Assembly: GCF_964204865.1 (NCBI RefSeq)
Contig: NC_135255.1
Location: 8,432,001-8,496,000, forward strand
Length of the DNA: 64,000 nucleotides
Direction of reading: 5' to 3'
Source: Styela clava
Lineage: Eukaryota
In this document: positions 40,401 to 53,403 of the stretch, in pieces
Layout: every line of letters begins with the position of its first letter
Position numbering within the stretch: the first letter of the stretch is position 1
Program-made: the position numbers and the translations under genes
Notes under the pieces: model-generated
Databases searched by the model: none
Seen by the model: the letters and a program-made list of their open reading frames with translations, nothing else
What the model was told of the DNA's origin: nothing

Positions 40401-43079
40401 TTTTTAGAATGTGAGTATATGTATGCAGTTCGGGTTAAAGTCCAAATTATCACCAAGCTTCAAATCGTGTAACACTTCGGTTGTGTGGTGGTTACACAAT
40501 CGCTATAAGTAATGATTATACTCGATAGCTCAATACTTACCGTACATCAGATATATATGATTGTGAAACGTTACTATCCTTACAATGATATTTCATATTT
40601 GACACACAAATTTCTTTGGCATGTCACCGTTTCTATTTTCAATTCATTGCCCTATAAAGAGTTGAAAGTTTAACTAACATACGTATATATAAATTATTAC
40701 CAGAGTGGTGTAGAACGTGCAAACTAAACTGGTTAAAACAATCGTCCATTTTATATCCAGAGGCGTGACTGCGTTCAGTGCTAATGCTGGGATGTAGATA
40801 GCGAACCCCATGTAAAATACCTAAAAAAACGATTGATTTATAAATTTGCTCATGAATAACACTTATTCGACAAATTGTCAATTTATAGTTATTTGACTAA
40901 AATGCGAAAAAAACATCCGGGTTAAGTAATTCACGCAGAACACTCTGGCAAATCAAGAGAACTGGTCGGTGGTCGGTAGAGTTTATTCTAGAGATTTAAA
41001 AAATAATACCTGAAATATATATATCGTCTAGTATATCGGGATTATAGATAGTAAATCTGTGGAAGGGAATAAGAAAAAACGTTGGAGATCGTTACTCACC
41101 ATCATGATGACGCTGACAGAGGAGCAGCATATGCGAACTTTTCGATCATAACGCAATTCTAAATACTAAAAATGGAAAAAAGATAAAACATTACATGATA
41201 TTTTCCCCCCAGGACTATATCGCAATATCTAATATCGCGCCCAACCTATGCTAATGTAATATAGGTAACAGATGGGTAACGAAACTTGTGGACAATGAAA
41301 TTAGAGAGGCACATTGAAAATTATCCGATAACAGTCAGTAATTGTTGACGTACAACCACATAAGCTTTTCTTACTGGGAAATGCATATTTGTATGTGTAA
41401 AACGAACTAGGCATTTTAATTAGTCCTAATGATAACTTCAAAACTCAGCCAAACGATTTTACCTCGTAAACGCTTGAAATCTTCAATTTATAGAATAGTG
41501 GAACAAAGTAAGTGCAGGCGAAAGTGACGGCAACAATATTACCGACAACAACCCATGATATTACTGCGCCAAATAAGTAAACTTCTACTGGTGTGCCCAT
41601 CATCGTAATGGCTGATATAAATGAAACAGCCATGGAGAAACCAAGTGGTATCTAAAAATAGTATTTTTATTAAAGAAACGACAAAAAGCGCTTATTACTT
41701 GTTATGAAGCTATCAAAAGAAAACGCTAAAAATTATAAAAATATTAATTAAGCCAAGAGGGAGATGCTCATATATATGAACACTAAAGATTAATTGGCCA
41801 AAAAATAGGGCCACTTCAATGTCAGTAAGATTTCAACCAATTGTCAAAAGAATTGTGCCGGATATCGTATGATTGTGTGCCTTCCAAGTATTACCATACA
41901 AATTTGAGTCAAATGTCTAGTCCCGTCGGACTGGTAGATATTAGTATTCTTGTATTTACAAATATAATTTGCAAAAATGTATCCTTTTTTACATCCCAAA
42001 GACATCGTGTCTTGGTCCCAAAAAAACTTTTTGCAATTTCTAAAAAGGAAAGAAACTATCACGGAAATGTGAAATCAAATGAGTGCTTCGCACGTTTGTG
42101 CAAGTTTTCTCCTGTAATTAACTTCTTATGGAGCCAACATACGAAAAAGCTAAACAAGAGAGCAATGCTTTCCAAATAAAAACAATAATAATCTAGCATC
42201 CCCTACTTCGTGTGAAATAGAACTTCTGTTCTAAAATAATGTTTTGTTCGCGATCCGAAATTGATGCCACATATAGTTGTTATAGTTATATGTAGTTTTT
42301 TAACACGTGCACGTATACATGATTGTGTCTGGGCCTAAATATATTTTTGCGATTCCCAAATACAATTCAGCCGTATCGACAAAATAAACTTCTCATGTTA
42401 ATAAAGCCAGACAAAAATATCCATAACTGCAGATACTTAAAAGTATAGGGTATCATAACAGGTAATTTTCCCATCATATTACATGACAAGTCAGTCCCCA
42501 ACTCTGATTACACTTGACGAATAATAAGCCCACTGTGGTGGATTTTGTCACGTTCAAATATTGCCTTCTGAGATTAGCATGGTATATAAGAATATATACA
42601 AAAATCGCAATATCCGGAAAAGATATGTTTTCATATATGTTTCACTCACCGGTGACATTGACCTGTTTCCAAAATAGTAATTTTCTGTCGTTGTGGTATT
42701 TCTGTCTCTCACCGCACAATATATTCCAACAACCACAGAAACCAATGACAATCCTATAAATAAGTATATGTTTGAGTTAGTGTATAAGGTATTAAATTTC
42801 ACAGAAAATTAGTTCGTACATACAAAAACATGACTGCTCTTAAAATTATGACTGATGCTAGATTTAATTTTCCTCCTAGCTGAAACCAGAAGTAAATTCG
42901 CGGTTTACAGCAATTTCACTCCTAAAATTTATTTACTATTTATCGTACATGACTTCAAATGTATAATTATTATAAACTAGGAATTGACATAAAACAAAAT
43001 ACCAACCCGCAAACGCGGTAAAATCAGCAACACCAAACTGTTCAGCTTCAACATCCTCAGCTGCGTGGTTCATGACCAT
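34418..43079 (-). CDS. SLC5 family sodium:solute symporter (SLC5A8/SLC5A12/SLC5A6-like)
   Basis: 13 exons: 43079-43008, ~42754-42650, ~41650-41464, ~41164-41100, ~40820-40701, ~39496-39341, ~39249-39110, ~39033-38816, ~38410-38298, ~37795-37639, ~36162-35945, ~35338-35235, ~34638-34418. Motifs ENYYFGNRSM, SFISAITMMGTPVEVY, YLELRYD, GGFKAVVWTDVVQ, CDP, GVFVAAACSGTLSTVSTGINSL, GGPIFGVFLAG. Confidence 0.92.
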
Positions 43080-44734
43080 TGCGCGAGTATCAAAAATCAC
43101 TATTATTGCAAACACAATTTATTATAAATAAATGTCTATCTAGACTTTGTGTTAATACGAAATAAATAAAAACATGTTATTCTATTGTAACCAGGCACAT
43201 CCATTCTTAACGCGACTTCTTGTAAAGAATACACTTCTTTTTCACTTGTTTCGTAACTTCGGAATCAACTTCTAAGAGTCGAATATTGACGCAATCGAAA
43301 AACTTTGTTATATTTAACAAGGAAACAAGTAGACCTGGAAATGTAATTTTTTTTTTCAAGTTCCATACAAACTGCGACGAAGGTAGTTAAATTAAGGAAA
43401 TATTAATCAGTACTTTTAGAAGATGTTTCACTCTCTTGCATACACCCCCATTGGGGCATGATGCTAAAATAAGATCGCTGAGCGAAAACGCACATTTAAA
43501 ATTAACTAGTTTCATTTATAAACACGAAATCATTCTTAAAGTAATACATCACTGCAAATAAACTGCAAATAAAACGAACATATTGCTAATGAACATACAT
43601 CAACATTTGTACTTATATATAGCCTTAATCATGTCAAATATTTGGGTATTTCAACATCAAACGGAATCTGTTTGGGTGATTGATCACCTCCTTTCGTTTC
43701 CCGTAAAATCGAAATCAGTTGTCCGCGACAATACGCGAACAATGAAAGAGTTTTAAATTGCGCGTTGTGATAGCAAAACAAGCAATATATAAGTAGCGTC
43801 CCAATTGCCTTGATCATTTATACCTTACCACGAAATTAAAGTAAGACAAATGAAGAAGGCGAAGACATCTTCAACCTTAAATAATAAATCACATCCAAAC
43901 GTCAGTCTTCAAAACCATAAAATCTGTTTACGCAATGCTGCAAACCACAAGGGGTATTTCTAACTGCAAGTCGCGGCATGTTTTTGGTCTAATTCTGTTA
44001 CGCACGATAGTTCTTGCATGCAAGAGATTACTTCATGAGCCCGAAATAATTTAAGGCCGAATATTTGGTATCGTCATGTTTGGGATATGCAATGAACGCG
44101 AACATGTAACCAAGTAATTGGAGAAAAGTCGAATGTGGACAGTTCGTTTTTTTTTCGGTATTATATTTTTGAGGTCAAACTGAGAGGCAGATATTTCTGG
44201 AGATGTCTGGCAGGCAGTGAACACAAACATGTAATCACGTACTTGGGAGAAGTCAAAGGGAAAAGATTTTCTATGTTCGTTATCTCATTTCGGGGTTCAT
44301 ACTCGGATCGTAATTGCCACCTATTGTCCAATACCCCCTCTGGGGAACACATTTTGTGGAAATTGTGTTGCATTTAATCTTGTTTAAATTCTCACGCGAG
44401 TTAGATTACGGTCCAAAAAGTGAAAATAATCAGTTGAACTGCCCTTATCGAAATGCCCAGCAAAGTCTTCAAAATTTCAGCCGCCACTATTGAAAAGCGC
44501 ATTACCAATAGCATAAACTCTTTCTGCGGTATTTGCATTATTACGGTACGATTAGAGTAATGTAATTGATGTAATTACAAAGATAGCGCAACTGTTTTGA
44601 ACACTACCGTTTCACTATATTGATATCAAACTTACAATTCAGACATTTTGTTAGTTTACAATAGTACAACACAAACGTACCAACACTATACGCAGTAAAG
44701 CTCAGACTCGACGAAATCGCTAAGTCTACTGTAA

Positions 44735-44880
44735 ACTAGCTGTATATGCATATCTGGTTTGATCTATATGTTCATAGGTTTGCTGTATATGCATATTGAA
44801 TTGGCGCTTTATGTGTATGAGTTGGCTGTATATGACCTTGGCGCTATATGTATATGAGTTGGCTGTATATGTAGATGCAA
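44735..44880. repeat. Degenerate ~21-bp minisatellite (tggctgtatatgtatatgagt); related array at ~51575-51720
   Basis: Visible tandem units at both loci. Confidence 0.7.
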
Positions 44881-46431
44881 GATAGAGCAAAGTACTCGTT
44901 AGAAAATTTGTGCACTGTTGAAATATCTTTCCATCGATTCCAAAATAAATATTATATCTTCATTTGTCGGTGAGTTATAGCTAATTAACATGGCGGCGCC
45001 AGCAAAGAGAACAAAGTGATGGACAAAAAGTTGCGATCCCACAATAATAATGTTAAACGGCATATGGCGATTATTATTTGGTCCTCACCTCAAAATATAT
45101 AAAACACAACAATGATGCGGTGACCAATTGTATATGGCACAAACACTAGAAAATATAAAACGTAGAAAAATAAAAGAAACTTGGGTGAATGAAAATAAAC
45201 AAGAAATTAAGGAACAGTAGACAATGATAAGGTGCTGTCAACGATTATGTATTTTTATGTGATATATTTCTTCACATGGTGCAGGGGAAAAAGAATCGCA
45301 TAAGCTATCAAAAAGAATCGCATAATCGATATGATAAGTACTGGCGGCACATCTTATGACGTTGACCGCGACGCACAGCTGGAGGCCGCGATATCGACGA
45401 CACGCACGGCGACACGATGTAGTTACGCAACAACGTACGATCATTACGTATTGACGTAATATAGGTGCGCTCGAGCGTCGTTCGGTGGCAACAGGCAAAA
45501 AAAGCAACTTTTGCCAACTTTATCGCTTCGTCAAATTCAAATGCAAACATCATGCGTTTTTTGTGTATGAAAAGGTAAATATCTTGGTTACCCAACTGTC
45601 ATAACTAATTTATTGTTTTTACAGGAGAACGGCACTATTAATCGCCCCATTTTTTGTACTAATTTTTGGGGAAAAAACTTAACATATATTTTTTAACGAG
45701 CCTCATAGACAAAAAAAAATATTCGTGTTTTTCTTTATGAGAAAGGGGTTAATTGTTATCTGGGATTTCGGGGATTAGATTGAATTTCAATTTTTTCTTC
45801 TGTAGCTCATATGTAAATATATAACTACAGTTACTGGTGAATGTTGTTTACTGTTTGAAGTTACCTGCTCCTCATCACGTGACGAATGTTTTTATAATTA
45901 TCTCCATATCCCCCTGCATTCAATATATAGTTCAAAATAATGATTGACGCGTCATCATTTCGATCGGCGATGCAATGAGTTAATACAAAATTCAAGCGGT
46001 CGAAGTGCAACCAAATCCTGATACAATTCTTAATTGAAGGCCTCGCGCGAACAACTATTTAAATTTGGTCTGTTTTATACTCGAATGTTGTCGTTTCGAT
46101 CTCATCATCTCATTCAGCCCAATCGCCGTAGTAGAGGAAAATATATTCCTGTTCAGTCTGATATCAAACAATTTGTTTATTACAATATTTGGTTGCATGA
46201 GTATATTAGACGTATATTGACAAATTGTTCACATGAGTATAAATAGCGAAAATGCTTGCAAATTTATGCATAAAATTGTATGTAACTTGATTAGTAATTA
46301 TTAATACGAATGAAATTTGAGTCAAATGTTCGTACGTTCGTGATTTATTCAGGGTAACAGTATAATTTTTTATCATCATCATTTGGAGAAAATTATTTCT
46401 CCATCATATAGTTGGGCCCAGCCTTATACTT

Positions 46432-49139
46432 TCAAGCCCTCTTTTTTCTCGATGATAAAGCGGGAAAGATGAAGCTGTCGTCATCTTTTTTCAACACCAC
46501 TGACATAATCTCTATATCCCATGAAGTAGCCATCTCTTCCCTCGGTACGAATATAAGATCTCCATTGTCAGACGGAGCTGATACATACTGACTATTAGAA
46601 GTGCATTGTAAAGTTACTCCACCCACAGATTTACCGATTAGGAACGATCTAAAAATTGAATGTTTGCATAACACCATTATCAACTTTGCCAAACGCAGAA
46701 AGCTATTTCACTCACAAATCCCAATGAACAACATTTAAAAAATAAGTTTCACTAAACATACAAGTATCACTAAAAGTTGAATATGTTGCTAACGAATAAA
46801 CACACGTCTTCCTGTCGATATTATTGCATCATATCGGATAATTTCATTAGATGCACAAGTTATTTATGTTCTATCCATTTGGTGTCAGCTGAAAAATTAT
46901 AAATCAACTGGTTTATTCGACACTCGACTATTGGAGATTCTTTATTGGTCCAACTACTTTATTAACATAAAAGAATGATACTTACGTCCCAGTTTCTGAA
47001 AATTGTAAAGCATCATTCGCTTTAAAACTTCCACTTGAAACCCTGAAGTATGATTGTCTCCAATAGAAAGTGTCCATTCTTGATCACTTATGAGTTGCTT
47101 GGCCTGGATTTGTGTATTTATTTGAGCTCTCTCACTCATCCATTTCAGAATACTCAACTTTTGATGGATTTGCACGTTAAAGGGTTCAATCACGCTGCAG
47201 AAAAAAGACACTTCTCTGGTATCTTTGATATAAGTGATAGCTCAGTATTTTGCGAATACAGTATTACAAAAGTGGGAGTTTTTTTTATCTGAGAAGTCGG
47301 GGAGCGGATATTCGTACATGCGTCGAAATGTAAAGTTTTCTGGTGACTTATGTATTTATAAAGACAGCAATTAATGAATCATCCAAGTAACGTCATGTAC
47401 GCCGGTCCACAATATATAAATAGTTGTATAAAAGCAATTACTTACGCATTAATCATTTCAAACGACGATGCAATAAGCCAGTGCATATCATATGTTGGAG
47501 TGTCGGTCTTTACCATTTCCAGTACTTCGTTATTCTTTCCCAGATATCTATCATACGCGTTTTCAGCCCGCAGAAGTAATCCGAGCTCGGGTTGGAGAAG
47601 CATCGTAAAATACCTAGAAAAAAGTCTAATTCAGTGTCTAGTTGACTGACTTGGATATTGTGAAGTCATGTACCTCAAATAGAAGTTGGCTATTGTCAAA
47701 ACAGACATTGGAGACAGAGACGGGATATCATACTTTTAAAATGAAAATACCCCGATGACATTCCGCCGTGTCGTAGTTTCATACCGACTACAGCAGTGCT
47801 CGATAGACTTATTGAAAGGGTACACAGTTTTAACCCTCGCTCAAAGTCTGGTACACTCCACCCTCCGTATATACGAGGTAAGTAAAAACTAATATCATGC
47901 GAAAGCATTGCTGAACGTTTCAGCGTCCTAGGACCTAGGCTATTGATGATTCACGAAATCGATGGTTGTTTATGACTTTCTCCGTCATCATTATCAATGT
48001 TTATGCAAACTCAATAGTTGATTATTTATATAATTCTAACTTTGCTTTCAGATTTCATCGGCCAGTTGTGACAACGTCTTTTCCCTGGATAGGTAAGTAC
48101 AATGCAATACGTCTGGCTGCAGTGGGTCCCACACTGTCATAGGCCCCACGCTTATTTTAATTATTAAATATTAAATTTAACTTTTGTAAATTATAATTAT
48201 ATTGGTAAACGTGTTTATTCTGAGTGTAAAATAAAATTACTTTAATTGTGATTTTGTAACCCCACGGATTCATTTACTGTTATGAAATATTAATATTCAT
48301 TTAATATAGCTATCTCTGCGCAGACTGTGCCGCGCCCAATCCGTTTGCGCATAGGGCCTTTCAATAGTTTTCTTTTTAGACCAGATTCGTCATGGAGGTA
48401 AACGTTGAAAATGTTTGTTTAAGCGAATTTATTGTTTTATTACGAAAAGCATACAACCAAATTTTAGATAACTCTAGTCTAGGACAAAGCAATGGAAAGT
48501 TATCAAGATATTTTGTATATATGCATATATAATTCTTCATTTGTGACAAATTCAAGGTTAGCGTATTAGTTACATTGCTGTGATACACATTTTGAAATAT
48601 TTCGTAGTCTCCGGATTAGAAGCACCGCAATATATTGACATCGCGAGTTTGAGATGTTGTGTCAAAACTCCAAAGTCCCATGCTTATCATTTCTTTCAAG
48701 GTCTCTGAACATTGGCAAGGAAGATCGATGATTCACTTCCTCACATAGTACATATTTACGTTAAGGGAGGCCGTAACAAAATACGAGATCTCTTGAATTA
48801 TCACACTATTTATCACCTTCTCATTTCTTTATTGTTCTTTATATCGTCTTCGTATTCCAGTGTGACATCGTTTTTACTGTCGTTATAAGTTACGTACATT
48901 TTCTTCCTATGATCTGACAGAATATAAAAACTCCACAACGCGTTGCTGGTGGATCGCTCTATTCCCCACTCTTCAGCGGTCTCGGGATTCAATTTAACAG
49001 GAATACTATCATGTGGAGACCTGTTGCTGGAAATCCATTTGTTGCCTTCTCTGTCTGCCAATTCAACCTTGAAGGAGGTATTATGTTCTTCCTTTCTAAT
49101 ATTTTTAGAAGGGCTTCCACCGCATTTAAATTTTGACAT
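46432..49139 (-). pseudogene. Putative triple beta-trefoil-like protein gene, copy 1 (disrupted)
   Basis: Exons ~49139-48817, ~48790-48576, ~47860-47673, 47613-47445, ~47288-46965, 46648-46432. TGA where copy 2 has TGG (KY*AITY, ~47245), frameshifts, first intron shrunk to ~26 bp. Confidence 0.6.
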
Positions 49140-49576
49140 GTTTTTGTTGTAGCAAATCTATACAGTTGAACCATTAATTTCTAACCAATCCAACAAAAAA
49201 TAGGGAACTTGACTAAGCCAACTACCTCAACTCATTTCCTCGAAAATTTGATTTCACCTTCACAGAAGCAAATGTAAACAATAACGGTTTAAATAGGTTC
49301 TAAATGATAAATAGGTTCCGCTTGACTCAAAGGAAGTCACGCCTCCTTTCCGTGTGCGTCATTATCGATTCGGAACAGTATTGTCTACTTCCTAATCACC
49401 TTATTTTCATATATGGTTCTATTCCACATTTGCCAACTGAGTTTTATAGTTTGCCTTTTCTAGGAATCTATAACGGTTTCCGGGTAATATCAATTTATAG
49501 ATCTCAAGGCGTGAAATATAATCTAAAAACACGATAGCATGATAATATAACTAAGTTAATTTGCAAACGTTTAAAC

Positions 49577-50283
49577 CAGGGGTTGGCAAACTGCGGCAAC
49601 GTCCTGCGAACTTTAAATGCATAATACAAAAATTGATTATATATAAATTTATCGTTGTCTCCGCGGAAAATATTTTTCTTTCTTGCGCATTCCAAAGCAG
49701 GTTTGCTTGATATGCCAATTGAGCATCGCAGTTAGTAAAGGATTCGATGTTGAACGTCATCACAGAACGTATTACTGCAAACACGAAATTCGACCTCAAG
49801 CGCCACTGCTCTGTGCGACAGTGCAAACGTGTAATGTACAAGTCACATATTGTAGATATTGCTGTGAGCAGATTTATATGAAATGTATTACACTCACAAT
49901 AAATTTCGTACTCGCTTGTCAAATTGTCATTTGGATTACTTACTGCGGGACAACAAAGTTGTCCTTTGATTTCAACGCTTTCGCCGTGGCACAGAAAAAA
50001 AACATCAAGTAAATAAAAACAATGTACGGTTTGATAATATACATATTAGGAAGGGCAGCACAAACGCCTCATTGTAGCACAGCAATAGAGGGTACGGGTG
50101 CGCCATAATTTTAGGTTTAATGTTGCGATTGTTCGCAGGCAAAAATTTTAATGTCATTCAATAGATGAATGCTCGATATACCGCGTTGCTATTTGCTTTC
50201 ATTTTTTCAGTGGACCGCGAGTCACCAGAAAAATTGCAAGGGGACCGTTATGCATAATTTTTTAAAAAGTTTGTGAACCACTG
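49577..50283 (+). mobile_element. Non-autonomous hAT (Charlie/SPIN-like) element
   Basis: TIRs caggggttggcaaac / gtttgtgaaccactg. Perfect 8-bp TSD gtttaaac (49569-49576, 50284-50291). Transposase N-terminal remnant VCLICQLSIAVSKGFDVERHH. Absent from the paralogous site (~62545). Confidence 0.9.
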
Positions 50284-50871
50284 GTTTAAACAAACATGGG
50301 GTCTATCTAACAACGAATTATACACATGCGGCAGCAAGGTCGTTTCTTCATTATTCAGCAGCACAGCCATTTTCCATAAGAAAGCTATCAATTTAGCTTA
50401 TAATTCATAGGCACAGAAGCCTTCCTCGGACTCATTTATGTGCAAATCGGATTGTATTTTTTATTAATTTGTTAATATTAATGAATTTTAATCTATATTC
50501 ACCATGACGAAAATGTGACCCAATGTATGTAAAAGATGGTTTCTGCTCAATCGAACATAATGCCCCCAATGCATGAACCCCTTTTACATTGCGGCCATGA
50601 AGCCTAGCCTACTCAACGCAACATAAAGCTAGAAACGCTGCTATCCCTATTGCGGGGTAACCTACAATGTGGTATCATAGATTGGTACGTATTCTACAAT
50701 TATCAAGAACTGCGCACTGGCAGTTTTATGTCTTATGTTGAATGATGCTCATATCACGATATTTTATAACCTCTACTTTACGCTTGTTACAAGTCATTTC
50801 TCATATTTCAATTACAAGATGTTTTCAAGTTTCTGTAAGCGTAACGTTAATAGCCTCATCCTACAAAATAC

Positions 50872-51117
50872 GGGGCTCCCGAAGTATGCGAACCAGGATG
50901 GCGGACATCGGAATGTAATATGTGTACTAGGTTAGGGTTAGGCCATAATTTTAGGTATAAATACTACGGGAGGCTCTTGGCTAGTCTTCGAACTGATAAT
51001 AGGACTAAAATAAGGAAAATTGAAAAAAAATTATCGCCTAACCCTAATCTGTTTCGGAGTGTTACCCATGTTACGTTCCGATGTCCGCCATCTTGGTTCG
51101 CATACTTCGGGAGCACC
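50872..51117. mobile_element. Palindromic MITE (same family as 19097-19264; Merlin-like ends)
   Basis: TIR ggggctcccgaagtatgcgaacca / tggttcgcatacttcgggagcacc. Perfect 8-bp TSD caaaatac (50864-50871, 51118-51125). Confidence 0.88.
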
Positions 51118-51204
51118 CAAAATACTATGCTGATGCGTTTTAAATTTTTGCAAAGTGTGCAATGATAGTTTCTGCCAAACGTTATTTTGATTGGATTCCA
51201 GGAA

Positions 51205-51515
51205 CTTTATTGCCAATAGCCAAAGAATAGTTCTCTAAAAGAGCTTTTCAGCTAACACATTTCTCGTATTATCAACGATAAGCTGTTGTGGGGTATTATG
51301 ACATCATAAATTGGCGCCTCTATTGGACATTTATCAAGAACAACGCGCCCCGGCAGTTTTATGTTTTATATTTTCCACCAAGCGTTAATTCGATTATTTT
51401 TAGAACAGTTTATTGCCAGTAGACAAAAGATAGTTCACTGAAGAGAAATCTCAGCTAGCACATTTCTCGTGTTATCAACGACCAGCTGTTGTGGGTATCA
51501 TGGTATTATAGATTG
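51205..51515. repeat. Two ~200-bp direct units, plus a partial third at ~50670-50735
   Basis: tttattgcca.tag.caaa...cagcta.cacatttctcgt.ttatcaacga..agctgttgtggg occurs at ~51205 and ~51409. Confidence 0.7.
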
Positions 51516-51829
51516 TTACCTATTGTATAGTTATCATGTACTACATATATATCATAGTTACTATGCCTACTACTATATGCATATGGATTGGCAGTATTTG
51601 TACATCACCTTAATGGCTGTATTTGTATATTTGCATTTGACTTGGCGGTATATGTATATTTGGTTGGCTGTATGTTTATATGAGTTGGCGGTATATGCAG
51701 TCTTGGCAGCATATGTATGGCACCATTGGCACGTTACCAACCCTATCGCCTAAACACCTTCGTAATCATTACAATTGCATGTAAACATTACCAAAAATAT
51801 GTGATTCAAGCTTTTAATACAGTCTATAG

Positions 51830-52784
51830 CAGAGTCGTCCAACCCATGGCTCGCGGGTCATATGTGGCCCGCGGAAGCATTTCCTGTGGTCCGCGCTGTA
51901 TTTTTTTTTTTGGAATTAAATAAAAAAAAATTATTGAGTATGCCTATTATTTGAGTGATGTAGTATGCGAAGATGTGATACAAACGATTCGATTATTTTT
52001 TCGAAATGCGCTCTGCCAGCCCTTTCAAGTGCCATTTTTAATCGAAACCAACTGGGAGTAGACATCAATACAGATAGATATCGAGATATTGTGACCTAGT
52101 CGCTACGTACATACATAAAATCCATAATACTGTAATACACACATAAAATCGAGCTACTTCGTGGCAGAAATAAAAGCAAAACAGTCGAAGCCATTCTCAC
52201 ATTGAGAATTCTATATTATTAAGCGATGTTACGTTCGGGTTTCCGATGTTTTATGTCCGGAAACAAAAGAGGCATTTGCAAATATAAACCTATGAAGACA
52301 GACGATTCTTGTCGTGTTGAAGAGCTTGGGAATTCTATAGCAGAAACTTTAATTGCAAAAGCGGGAAAGTTTTCATCATATTCCTTGGTGCTTGACGAAA
52401 GTAATGACATGAAGTCTACTGCTCATCATGCGGAGAGTTGATGATGGTTTTGAAATTAGCGAAAGGCTCGCAGTCATTGTCCCATTTGATGACACGGCTA
52501 TGGGCATTGATTTGTTGGGAGCTGTGATGAAAATGATCAAGCGTCTTGGCTTGTCTTTGACAAAACTTTTGGGAATAAACACTGATGGCGACCCATCAAT
52601 GGTTGCGAAACAACAGTTTTATTGTTCTAATAATTGTGAAAGTTTTGCGTGAGGGTATTGTTTGTTTTGTCATTAACCCGTAGTCAGTGTAGCAAAACTA
52701 AAACATAACTACCATGTTAAGTGGACGGCGCACTTATTAGTAAATTACATGTGGCCCTTCGACTAAAAAGGTTGGACGACCCTG
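51830..52784 (+). mobile_element. Internally deleted hAT (Charlie/SPIN/GTF2IRD2-type) transposon
   Basis: TIR cagagtcgtccaacc / ggttggacgaccctg. TSD gtctatag/gtctaaag. Transposase remnants YSLVLDESNDM and LLGINTDGDPSM. Confidence 0.9.
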
Positions 52785-53078
52785 GTCTAAAGCAATATCA
52801 ATCAATAGTATAAAAGCTACAACCAGTTATGTAGGATCGAGTGTTTTTTTGTATTCTCTATGACAAATTGTTACGTTGCTAACTAAGCTAATATAATACT
52901 AAAAAACTTCTTAAATTAAAGCAGTATGATATATATAACTTGAATTTTGTTTAATACATTTCAACTATTTTTTGTTTTCTTGTGCTTTTCTAGTATATAT
53001 ATATAGTCTGGGTTGGCAAAGTTCTGTTCTACCTAGATGCTGTCCTTATTTTCATCTTGCCTAACATTTCGCCCAAAA

Positions 53079-53372
53079 ATGAAATTTATTGCGTTTGCCA
53101 TTGTATTTGTTTTACATGTCATTCTAAAGTTAACACCGTGTATCAGCATGCATGAAGAAGAATGTGTTTTGGAGAAGCCGAAGAATCAGTTACAATGAGA
53201 CAAGATAGATGGAAACAGGTACGATACTCTGACTACCAACGTAATTTGGACAGAGTCCTTGGTTGTATCAAAGCACACGGATTTTAATCAATTGACACGG
53301 GAGGATCTTTTAATGTGACCGATTACAATATAAGCAGGACAACATTCAAAAATATTATTTCTTACTTAGATG
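53079..53372 (+). pseudogene. Lipocalin (ApoD-like) first exon, disabled
   Basis: MKFIAFAIVFVLHVILKLTPC (signal peptide) ...CVLEKPKNQLQ*DKIDGNRYDTL, then after a frameshift LGCIKAHGF*SIDTGGSFNVT. TGA and AGG occupy the positions expected for W in the lipocalin GxWY motif. Confidence 0.5.
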
Positions 53373-53403
53373 TAAACGTTAATAGTAAATAAGTCATCGA
53401 AAA

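Larger units (their letters stand above)
45770..50372. repeat. Segmental duplication unit 1 (direct paralogue at ~57540-62636)
   Basis: Colinear similarity across exons, introns and flanks, e.g. 46320 vs 58060, 47530 vs 59400, 48880 vs 61740, 49320 vs 62290, 50305 vs 62568. Confidence 0.92.

Noticed and set aside
53196-53198. In-frame TGA as selenocysteine (also ~47245)
   Set aside because: Both align to Trp positions, are accompanied by frameshifts, and no SECIS was recognised.
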